64,000 nt of DNA from Candidatus Saccharimonadales bacterium (GTDB lineage Bacteria; Acidobacteriota; Terriglobia; Terriglobales; Acidobacteriaceae). The notes beneath the pieces are model-generated. The model was not told the DNA's origin, did no database searches, and saw nothing but the letters and a program-made list of their open reading frames with translations. The position numbers and the translations under genes are program-made. This document shows positions 10,185 through 18,220 of this stretch, piece by piece. The DNA is taken from positions 11,315 through 75,314 of the forward strand of contig DATMNZ010000057.1 in the NCBI GenBank assembly GCA_035568495.1. The letters are read 5' to 3'. Each line of letters starts with the position of its first letter. The first letter of the stretch is position 1.

Positions 10185-10341
10185 GAAGAAGATTGTAAAT
10201 GCCCCTCAGAGCCATTCAGCGCAATCTGCTGGAGGGCTGTGGAAGTCCATGGGCGGTCTGAAGAGACGATAAAAAAGTCGCCTAAAAAAGCTCTTGCACA
10301 ACAGCGCAGGTGTGCTATTCTTCTAGAAGAAACGGCGAAAG

Positions 10342-11055
10342 ATGGCGCCGCCTATGAGTGAACAAAAACAGCGTCTTTTAGATCTTTATGAAGAGTTTCC
10401 GTTTCACGATCATCCTCTTTGGAGAGCAATCAAAGCGCACGAACTGTCCTATGAACAGGTCATTAGGGCTGAAGTGCAACATGTCATAAGGACTCGTGCT
10501 GGGCAAAAACTTCGCGCCGATGCTCTCGCAATGGCAGAGAGCAATAGCCCAGCCATTTTTGAACAATTGCTGCAAACATATTTGGAGGAATGTACAGCCG
10601 ACGCCTCTGGTCCCAGTCACCTTGATTTGATCAGACGGCTGGTAATGCGAGGCGGCTGGACAGAAAAAGGTCTAGCCGAGGCAATTCCCACCCCAGGAAA
10701 CGCAGCTGCAATTGCGCTCTACAGGGACATTACAACCCGCGGAGCAGGTTGCCATATGTTGGGTGCCGGTGCAGTAGAGCACTACTATAGCCAGCTCTCA
10801 CCAAAGATATTTGAGGCTTACACCGTGAAATATGGCATGAGCGCAGAGCAGGCAGAGACCTATCGCATCCATGGGCACATGGATGAGTGTCACGCGGAGC
10901 GAGCATTCGCAATTCTGGATGAAGCGGTTTCGCTGCACACGTGGGAATCGGTACAAACCAGTGTGCGCGATGCATTTGTTGCAACCAGCCTGCACTACGA
11001 TGGCATGCTGCAAGCTGCCACCGGCACTTCCGATTTTTGGAACGGGAGAGATTAA
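10342..11055 (+). CDS. Heme-oxygenase-like (TenA/PqqC-fold) iron-containing redox enzyme family protein
   Basis: All-helical 237 aa with E/H-rich putative diiron ligands (AEVQHVI, YLEECTAD, GAVEHYY, HGHMDECHAERA). First gene of the AT-rich island I. Confidence 0.6.
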   Translation: MAPPMSEQKQRLLDLYEEFPFHDHPLWRAIKAHELSYEQVIRAEVQHVIRTRAGQKLRADALAMAESNSPAIFEQLLQTYLEECTADASGPSHLDLIRRLVMRGGWTEKGLAEAIPTPGNAAAIALYRDITTRGAGCHMLGAGAVEHYYSQLSPKIFEAYTVKYGMSAEQAETYRIHGHMDECHAERAFAILDEAVSLHTWESVQTSVRDAFVATSLHYDGMLQAATGTSDFWNGRD

Positions 11056-11616
11056 ATGAAGGGATATATCTACACTATGTACGCTGGAGCCGATCCTTCC
11101 CACGGATGGACGATGAATGACCCTATTTTCGGCAAGGTGCCAACCCTCGGCGCATGCGTGCCCAATATACGCAGGGTTGTCGAAGAAGGGGACTATATTT
11201 TCGTGATCAGCGGGCGAATTCCGGGTCAAAGGCAGTTTGTAGTTGGTGGAATGCAGGTTAAGGAGAAAATCGACGCCCTAGCTGCGTACAGACGATTTCC
11301 TGAGCACCGTCTAAAGCGAGAAGCCGATGGTACCGTTAAAGGGAACATTATTGTAAATCACAATGGCACCCACAATGCCCTCGACGAGCACTCAAATTTC
11401 GAGAAAAGAATTGAGAACTATATTGTTGGCTGCAATCCAACCGTATTCGAGAAGCCTGAAGAATTCAATTTAGCTCGAACTCAGACTGTTGGTAAACTTG
11501 AAGAGATTTTCAGGCGTCCCGGCGACCGTGTCTTTGACATCATCGGACGATACAGAAGGATGAACGATGAGCAGGTAAAGGAACTACTCTCCTGGATGAG
11601 ATCAATAAAACAATGA
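11056..11616 (+). CDS. Hypothetical protein, tentatively Nmad2-like (nucleotide-modification-associated domain 2)
   Basis: The start abuts the upstream stop (TAAATG). The N-terminus MKGYIYTMY...DPIFGKVPTLGACVPNIRRVVEEGDYIFVISG resembles the remembered Nmad2 pattern (Y-x-Y...NPF...TLAxCKPxIRR...GDWI). The assignment is tentative. Confidence 0.4.
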   Translation: MKGYIYTMYAGADPSHGWTMNDPIFGKVPTLGACVPNIRRVVEEGDYIFVISGRIPGQRQFVVGGMQVKEKIDALAAYRRFPEHRLKREADGTVKGNIIVNHNGTHNALDEHSNFEKRIENYIVGCNPTVFEKPEEFNLARTQTVGKLEEIFRRPGDRVFDIIGRYRRMNDEQVKELLSWMRSIKQ

Positions 11617-12737
11617 ATATATTGAATTCAATTGTCCGAGAAAAAAAACTCGATCTGGGGCAACTGGCTGCGGAGACCGAGATGCCCCCGGAGCGTATGC
11701 AAGAGCTTTTAGAAGGGGCAGATCCATCCATGGGCGAGTTGCGTAAGCTGGCTACGGCTCTAAAAGTAGGCATCGCTGATCTCTTGCCACAGGCGGAGAA
11801 TCATAAGGTGGACATATTGTTTCGAAACGCCTTGACTCACGGAAGAACCGATTCGGCCACCGCTTCAAGCCTATCGCGAAAGATGTCGTATTCTGCCGAC
11901 CTGATCGGCTCGTCGGGCGCAAACGCAACTTGGTGGCTACCCTTATTCAAACGGGGTGGTAACGATCTTGAAGAGGCAGAGGAGAATGCGCGTATTTTTC
12001 GCGCAACCTTCTGCCGGGATGACCAATTGGGGCCATTACCTTTTTTGCCAAAGCTGGTGGTCGAGCGAATGCACATACTACTTTTTGTGGTCAATTCTCC
12101 AAAAATGGACGGTGCTTCGGCATACTTTGAAGCGCAGCCTTTCATTTTTGTATCGCTTCGATTCAAGCCCCGGATGCTTTTTACCCTAGCTCATGAACTG
12201 GGCCACCTGATTGCACACCACGATCCCCGTGAAAGCGGAGTAGTGATCGATGAAAGAGAGCACACTGACTTACGAATAAGCAAGGGTAAGATCGAGCAGT
12301 ATGCTCACGCTTTTGCGTCATCATTACTCATGCCAAGGGCCTCCGTGGGGTTAGCACTGCAGAAGATTCGTGCACTCAGTGAAACCCAAGAGGACAAGGC
12401 GATTGGCGACTTGGAAATACTGTTCCTTTCTCGAATATTCTGCGTGAGCTTTGAAGCAGCTGCAATGAGATGTGAAATTCTTGGGTTAATTCCAGAAGGC
12501 GGAGCATTTTCTCTCAACCAGTTTTTGAAGCAGAAGTATGGAAGTGCAGAAAAGCGTGCTGAGGATGCAAACCTACCCCCTCGGCCCTCTATCGAATTCC
12601 CATCAATTCCGGAGCCATTGTTGGTATCCGCTATACAAAAAATCCGAGCTGGGGAGATATCAATTGGGAAAGCGTCTGCGCTCCTTGGCTTATCGATCTC
12701 GGACTTAATCAGCGCGAACGCACAACCTGTCAATTGA
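11613..12737 (+). CDS. XRE-type HTH / ImmA-IrrE (M78, COG2856) zinc metallopeptidase fusion protein
   Basis: ATGA overlap with the upstream gene. N-terminal HTH-like segment (LDLGQLAAETEMPPERMQELLEG...LRKLATALKVGIADLL). HExxH motif LAHELGHLIAHH and a downstream ...YAHAFASSLLMP typical of ImmA/IrrE. Confidence 0.8.
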   Translation: MNILNSIVREKKLDLGQLAAETEMPPERMQELLEGADPSMGELRKLATALKVGIADLLPQAENHKVDILFRNALTHGRTDSATASSLSRKMSYSADLIGSSGANATWWLPLFKRGGNDLEEAEENARIFRATFCRDDQLGPLPFLPKLVVERMHILLFVVNSPKMDGASAYFEAQPFIFVSLRFKPRMLFTLAHELGHLIAHHDPRESGVVIDEREHTDLRISKGKIEQYAHAFASSLLMPRASVGLALQKIRALSETQEDKAIGDLEILFLSRIFCVSFEAAAMRCEILGLIPEGGAFSLNQFLKQKYGSAEKRAEDANLPPRPSIEFPSIPEPLLVSAIQKIRAGEISIGKASALLGLSISDLISANAQPVN

Positions 12738-13228
12738 AAATTATTTTCGATGCAAGCAGTATTATCAATTTGCTTAATGGGGATGCAATGGATTCGGTCC
12801 TGTCTTTACCGGATTCGTCATTTTGCATAGGGCCTTTAGCGCTCGAAGAATGCAAGCAACAACGAGAACTCATCAACGCACTAATCCGCCAAGGCTCAAT
12901 CGAGTTGCTTGATGATACAAATATGCCTGCATCGGTCTTCTCCGCCCTTCAGCGACGTTACGATCTTGGCGTTGGCGAAACGGAATGTCTAGCATTTGCC
13001 ATTGACCAACAACTGACTGTCTCCTGCGATGATCATAAGGCGAGAGTAATGGTCAGTGGACGCTTAACCTCTTTGAGGGTCATTGGCAGTATTTCGCTGC
13101 TAAGCAGATGTGTTCAGCAGGGGCTTTTGAGCCCCGAGGAAGCAGAGACGAAGTATAGACGAATGAAATCCAGAGGTGGCTTTCTGCCCAATTTGCCGCC
13201 AGGCTATTTCAAGCAGGCCATCAACTAA
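12734..13228 (+). CDS. PIN-domain nuclease-like protein (putative toxin)
   Basis: The TTG start overlaps the upstream stop (TTGA). Acidic PIN-like positions are IIFDASSIINL, GVGETECLAF and SCDDHKAR. Length 164 aa. Confidence 0.65.
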   Translation: MKIIFDASSIINLLNGDAMDSVLSLPDSSFCIGPLALEECKQQRELINALIRQGSIELLDDTNMPASVFSALQRRYDLGVGETECLAFAIDQQLTVSCDDHKARVMVSGRLTSLRVIGSISLLSRCVQQGLLSPEEAETKYRRMKSRGGFLPNLPPGYFKQAIN

Positions 13229-13452
13229 GTTGCGGAGACACTTGGAATTGAGTGCCTTCAATAGTTAGTATATCTGCCATTTTGTGAAGTATTCCTGTCG
13301 CGTACGCTCTAATGCGGGCCCAGTTGTTCCGGCCAAGTAATTCCACCTAAGCTGTCGAGCACACAAGGTCCCTCAAGCCTACTCGCGCGCTGATGAAAGT
13401 GCCCGCTCCTGACGGGCCTTCGGGATGACATTGCTCACATTCTTCCAGATTT

Positions 13453-13500
13453 TCCTCTGTGAGTCCTCTGCTCCCTCTGTTCCTCTGTGTTTCAAAAGTT
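13453..13500 (+). repeat. Solo copy of the CCTCTGTTCCTCTGTGTTTCAAAGG repeat family
   Basis: The core cctctgttcctctgtgtttcaaaag matches copies at 17893, 18043, 20327, 20552, 39358 and 39481. Confidence 0.8.
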
Positions 13501-13523
13501 TTGGTCGCAGCTACGTCGCGCTG

Positions 13524-16133
13524 TCAAGGGTTCAGGGCTTTGAGCTTCTCCCGCACATCCGGTGCGCTCTTGGAGTTGGGCGCCAGCTCCAGATATTTTT
13601 CATAGGCGGCCTTGGCTTCACGGACCTTGTGCAGCTTCACGTAGGCGTCGGCCAGATTGATATAGGCCACGGAACGGTTGGGATCGAGTTTCAGCGCCTG
13701 CATGAACAGAGGGACGGAGTCTGCGTATCTTTCCAACTTGTACATGGCAAAGCCCGCGTTGTTTACGGCCTGGGCATTGGAGGGGTCGGCGGCCGCGGCT
13801 TCGTTGAATTTGGCCGCAGCCTCTGCATACTTCTTTTCTTTGTAGAGGCGCATGCCCTGATCGTCGAGAACCTGCGAGGTCTCACGAGGTGTCAGCACCG
13901 GCCCGCCTGCCTGGGCCTTCTGGTCGAGCCGCGCCTGGGCGTCCGCCAGTTCCTTCTGCAGCTTGTCGTTTTGGGCCCGCAGTGCCTCCATCTGGGCGTT
14001 CATGCGAATGCCGTCATCATTGAGCTGAGGGGTGTCGGCATTCAGGAACTCCGATTCGTGCTTCAGTTCAAAGATGAAATCGCCGCCCTCGCTGCCCGCG
14101 AGGTTGCCGAACACCGGGGTCTGGTGCGACAACGATGAGACCGTGGGCGACACATAGGCGGCCAGCTCCGAGGCGGTGATGACGCCGTCGCCATTCAGAT
14201 CGGCGCGGCCATCGAGGCCCTGCAGCAGGATCCAGGTGAAGATGGAGTGTCCATTGGGGCCGTTATCGGCCACCTGCTCGTCGCTGCCGCCGGCGGTGAA
14301 CATCTGGCGAGCCGCCCGGCGGGCGATTTCTTGCAGATAGTTGCCCGATTGCCCCAGCCCGCCGCCCCGCGTGAGCGCCAGTCCGCTGTAGCAGGAATCC
14401 ATGACAAATAGCAGGTGCTTGGCTGGGATGGATTCGGCCACATCCTGAAAGTTGGTCATGGAGATGGCCTGGCCTTCATAGCTGCTGAGGTCGGCGTCCA
14501 CGGGGATGATGTAACCCAGATCGCGTCCGGAAGGCAGCTTGCGCGTGGCGCCGTGCCCGGCGAAGAAAACAAACACACGGTCTTCGCGCTTGACCATATC
14601 GGCATTGGCCAGCTTGTCTCCCAGCAGCGAGAGGATGTTCTGGCGCGTGGCCTGTTCATTCAGCAGCACAAATACGTTCTCGGGCTTGAATTTATATTTC
14701 TGAATCAGCGTGTCGCGGATGCCCGCGGCGTCATGGGCGGCATAGCGCAGCCGTGGCCACTTCTGGTAGTCGTCAATGCCGATCACCGCTGCCCAGCTCT
14801 CACGATATGGGGTCGATGCGTCGGGGGTCTTCGGAAGCGTAACGGTTTCGACGCCGCGCGCATCGCTGACCGAGAACCCTGTGCCGTTCCAGGAAGCAAA
14901 GCGGTAACCCTGTTTCTGGAAAGCCTCGATCAGTCCGGGTAGGGCGTCGAGCGCCCGGCGGTGAATGTCATGGAAGAGGATCACGCCCCGGCCCTGCTGT
15001 TCCACTTCCTTGAGCACGCGCTGGGCCACCGAGTTGGGCACCGGATCGGCCCAGTCCATGGAGTCGATGTTCCAGATCATCGACTTCATCTTGTCGGCCT
15101 CCACCACGCCGAGAATGCCGGCGTTCTGCGCGCCATAGGGCGGACGGAAGAGCACCGCATCGGACTTCAGGACTTCTTTCAGCAGCTTGCCGGTATTGTC
15201 GATCTCTTTCGTATAACCGGCGGCATCCAGTTTGGGAAGCAGCGGATGCGTGTAGCTATGGTTGCCGAGCGCCGAACCGGACTGCAGGATGCGTTCGCTG
15301 GCGGCCGCGCCCTTCCCCAGGGTGACTTTGCCGTCTGCGCCCACCGTGCCGATGTTGTGCCCGACCTCGAAGAATATTGCTTGGAGCTTATATTTCTTCA
15401 GCACCTCGAGGATGGCGTCGGTATAGCGCGGATGAGGACCGTCGTCGAAGGTCAGCAGCAGCGTCTTGGGCGGAAGCTCAGTGCCATCGAGCACATTGGG
15501 GTCGCGCTTCTTTTTGCCCGTGCCGCGCGTCTCTTCCACCGGCAGCAGGTTCTCGTATTGCTTCAGAAGCTGGTTGCGCTGATATTGCGTTTTGATCGAT
15601 GCGAGATAGCTTTCCCAGGCTTCGCGGCGCACCGGCATACCGCGCGTGCGGATGCGGTCGAAAACGTGGCTGAGCTCCTTCTGGTAGAGCGCCTGAATCT
15701 GTTCGAGGGTGGCGATGTCATCGGCGATTCTCTTCTTCAGTGGGTCCGGCGCGTCTTTAGCCAGTGCGTTCTTAGAAAGATCGGCGGCCAGGTCTTCCAG
15801 CAACTCGCGGAAGGCCAGCTTGTCGGCATCGTGGTAATCAGCGCTGGTTTCCAGTTGGTCGAGGAAGGAATTCAATTTTGCAGGAGTGGTCACCATGTCG
15901 GCCTGCAAACCGGCTATCTTCTCGAGATTCTGCTCGAACAGCATCCTGGCGATCGTGGTAATGCGTTCTTTCTTTGCGGCATCAATGGAAGCATCGTCTT
16001 CCATCAGTACGATGATCCTGCGGAAGTTGCCGACAATCTCATCGGCGATGTTGGCTGCCGGTTGAGTATGTCCCCGCAGAGGACACAGGAGGAGAGACAG
16101 CACACAAAGAGATAGCAAAAGTTTTAGCCGCAT
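13524..16133 (-). CDS. Secreted multidomain protein: helical N-region, NodB polysaccharide deacetylase, caspase-like peptidase C14, EF-hand-like loop, coiled coil and TPR repeats
   Basis: Signal peptide MRLKLLLSLCVLSLLLCPL. NodB motifs TFDDGPHP and GNHSYTHP. Caspase dyad FFAGHGAT and VMDSCYSG. Ca-binding-like loop DLNGDGVITASELAAY. C-terminal TPRs (YAEAAAKFNEAAAADPSNAQAVNNAGFAMYKL...). Confidence 0.85.
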   Translation of the reverse strand: MRLKLLLSLCVLSLLLCPLRGHTQPAANIADEIVGNFRRIIVLMEDDASIDAAKKERITTIARMLFEQNLEKIAGLQADMVTTPAKLNSFLDQLETSADYHDADKLAFRELLEDLAADLSKNALAKDAPDPLKKRIADDIATLEQIQALYQKELSHVFDRIRTRGMPVRREAWESYLASIKTQYQRNQLLKQYENLLPVEETRGTGKKKRDPNVLDGTELPPKTLLLTFDDGPHPRYTDAILEVLKKYKLQAIFFEVGHNIGTVGADGKVTLGKGAAASERILQSGSALGNHSYTHPLLPKLDAAGYTKEIDNTGKLLKEVLKSDAVLFRPPYGAQNAGILGVVEADKMKSMIWNIDSMDWADPVPNSVAQRVLKEVEQQGRGVILFHDIHRRALDALPGLIEAFQKQGYRFASWNGTGFSVSDARGVETVTLPKTPDASTPYRESWAAVIGIDDYQKWPRLRYAAHDAAGIRDTLIQKYKFKPENVFVLLNEQATRQNILSLLGDKLANADMVKREDRVFVFFAGHGATRKLPSGRDLGYIIPVDADLSSYEGQAISMTNFQDVAESIPAKHLLFVMDSCYSGLALTRGGGLGQSGNYLQEIARRAARQMFTAGGSDEQVADNGPNGHSIFTWILLQGLDGRADLNGDGVITASELAAYVSPTVSSLSHQTPVFGNLAGSEGGDFIFELKHESEFLNADTPQLNDDGIRMNAQMEALRAQNDKLQKELADAQARLDQKAQAGGPVLTPRETSQVLDDQGMRLYKEKKYAEAAAKFNEAAAADPSNAQAVNNAGFAMYKLERYADSVPLFMQALKLDPNRSVAYINLADAYVKLHKVREAKAAYEKYLELAPNSKSAPDVREKLKALNP

Positions 16134-16253
16134 GATTGTTGACCGCCAGAGGTTATACGCCGCCGATGCTTCACAAGGATAACAGGGGACGCGGCGAATT
16201 CAACGGCTGGGAGAACCGGAGGTAACTCGCAACGGGTGCTAAAAATCTGCCTG

Positions 16254-16497
16254 ACCGTCAAAGAGCACGGATTCATCCGTGCGTAAAAGCGAGGCAGAAA
16301 TGCGGCTTCAGCCGCGGTTTTACTCCTCAACAGGAGAGAATGTTGTGATTCGGCGATGGTCTGTAACGGAAGAAATCTGAGGCCGGGAGTTTTTCCGCAA
16401 TCTATGGCCCTTCGCCGTGAACGAAGCTAAACCGCGGCTGAAGCCGCAAATGGATTTTGCCACTCAACGCACGGATGAATCCGTGTTCTTCGACGGT
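16254..16497. mobile_element. MITE-like inverted-repeat element (about 244 bp)
   Basis: Arms of about 68 bp at 16254-16321 and 16428-16497 are reverse complements. Each arm contains the palindromes cacggattcatccgtg and gcggcttcagccgc. The element is non-coding. Confidence 0.7.
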
Positions 16498-16573
16498 TGC
16501 TCCAGCCGTCGTTGAGCAGCCTATGGGCACATACGGGCAGGCACTGGCAGCATGTGCGAGTTGGTCCGCGCAA

Positions 16574-17845
16574 CTACTTACCCTGTTTGTAGACCGTGCC
16601 GCCCTTCATCACGAACACCGGGTTCTGCAGCAGGGTTACGTCTTTTGCAGGGTCGCCATTGACGGCGATGATGTCGGCGAATTTTCCCGCTTCGAGAGAG
16701 CCGATGCGGTCGGACCATCCCAGCAGGTCGGCGGCGTTTACGGTGGCCGTCTGGATGGCTTGTACCGGCGCCATGCCCAGTTGCACGTAGACGGCGAACT
16801 CATGGGCGTTCAGGCCGTGCGGATAGACCGCGGCATCCGTGCCGAAGGCCACTTTGACTCCGGCATCGAAGGCCTTCTTCAAATTGGTGTGCAGAACGGG
16901 AATGATGGCCCGCTCTTTGACGGCGAACATTTCCGGCAGGCCGATCTTGGTCATGTTGTCTTTGAGCCAGTCGGCGAGATAGAGCGTAGGCACCAGGTAG
17001 GTGCCTTTGGCTTTCATCATCTGGATGGCCGCATCGTCGATATACGAGCCGTGCTCGATGGAATCGACTCCTGCCTGCGAGGCCCAGAGAATTCCCTGAG
17101 CGCCGTGCGCATGGGCAGCGACCTTGCGGCCCAGGCGGTGGGCGTCGGTGACGATGGCCTGCATTTCTTCGAGCGTATATTGCGAAGCCCTCGGGTCATC
17201 GCCTTTTGAAAGTACGCCTCCGGTAGCGCAGATCTTGATGACGTCGGCGCCGTACTTGATGACTTCGCGGACTTTGTGCTGCACTCCGGCAATGCCGTCG
17301 GCCACACCGTCGGAGACAGCGTGATATTCGAAAGGCAGCAGGTTGTTATCGCAGTGTCCGCCGGTGATGCCCAGCGACGGCCCGCTCACAACCATGCGCG
17401 GCCCAGGCAGCATGCCTTCATTGATCGCATCGCGCAGGGCCACATCGCTGTAACCCGCCGCGCCTACGTTGCGTATGGTGGTAAACCCGGCTTCCAGCGT
17501 AATACGGGCATTCTTGGCCCCGATCAGCGCTTCTTTGGCCACGGAGATGCCCAGCTCCTGGTACCCAAAGTTGGGGTCGCTGGTGATGTGGGTGTGCGCG
17601 TCGATCAGGCCGGGCAGCAGCGTGGCGTTCGGCAGATTGATCACCGTGGCCCCAGCGGGCGGCGCTCCTGCACCGGTGCTCACGCCGGCGATCTTGTCGC
17701 CCTCGATGGTGATGGTCACGTTGTCGAGCGTGCGTCCGGTCTTTACGTCGAGCATGTGCCCGGCGTGGATGACCGTGGTCTGCTGCGCGAAGAGGCCGGT
17801 GGTGCAGGCCAGAGCTACGAAGAGAAGAAGAGTCAGGCGTTTCAT
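16574..17845 (-). CDS. Amidohydrolase family metal-dependent hydrolase (secreted)
   Basis: Signal peptide [21 protein letters not shown]. Metal-binding motifs IDAHTHI and AAHAHG, plus VDSIEHG and FGTDA. Confidence 0.88.
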   Translation of the reverse strand: MKRLTLLLFVALACTTGLFAQQTTVIHAGHMLDVKTGRTLDNVTITIEGDKIAGVSTGAGAPPAGATVINLPNATLLPGLIDAHTHITSDPNFGYQELGISVAKEALIGAKNARITLEAGFTTIRNVGAAGYSDVALRDAINEGMLPGPRMVVSGPSLGITGGHCDNNLLPFEYHAVSDGVADGIAGVQHKVREVIKYGADVIKICATGGVLSKGDDPRASQYTLEEMQAIVTDAHRLGRKVAAHAHGAQGILWASQAGVDSIEHGSYIDDAAIQMMKAKGTYLVPTLYLADWLKDNMTKIGLPEMFAVKERAIIPVLHTNLKKAFDAGVKVAFGTDAAVYPHGLNAHEFAVYVQLGMAPVQAIQTATVNAADLLGWSDRIGSLEAGKFADIIAVNGDPAKDVTLLQNPVFVMKGGTVYKQGK

Positions 17846-17892
17846 TTGGAAGGGATTATAGCAGCCGGTATTCCCGTGACTTTCAGCAAAAA

Positions 17893-18096
17893 CCTTTGAA
17901 ACACAGAGGAACAGAGGGAACAGAGGGAACAGAGGCCACGCAGAGGAAAATCAAAATAAGGTGAGGAATCCTGGTAGTTGCGGGCGCGTTCCTCTGGTAT
18001 TCCTATTCACCAGAACCTTCGCGGCTTGCGGCGATTTTTCCGCCGCCTCACAACCCCAAAAACCTCCGTTGCCTCTGTTCCTCTGTGTTTCAAAGG
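17893..18096. mobile_element. MITE-like element with CCTCTGTTCCTCTGTGTTTCAAAGG terminal inverted repeats
   Basis: Left end cctttgaaacacagaggaacagagg (17893-17917). Right end ccgcctcacaaccccaaaaacctccgttgcctctgttcctctgtgtttcaaagg (18043-18096), inverted. Confidence 0.8.
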
Positions 18097-18220
18097 ATTT
18101 GTCTACGGATTTGCGTGAGCTGTAGGCTTTTCCGCGGTGACCGCTGGACGCGAAGCCCGCCGCAACCTTATTCTGTTATGCACAGCGAAATTCCGGCAGC
18201 GGCTCGCTGTACAGGGTGAA

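Noticed and set aside
16457-17209. 250-aa plus-strand ORF beginning in the 16254-16497 repeat.
   Set aside because: It starts inside the MITE-like arm (NARMNPCSSTV) and then runs antisense to the well-supported amidohydrolase gene.
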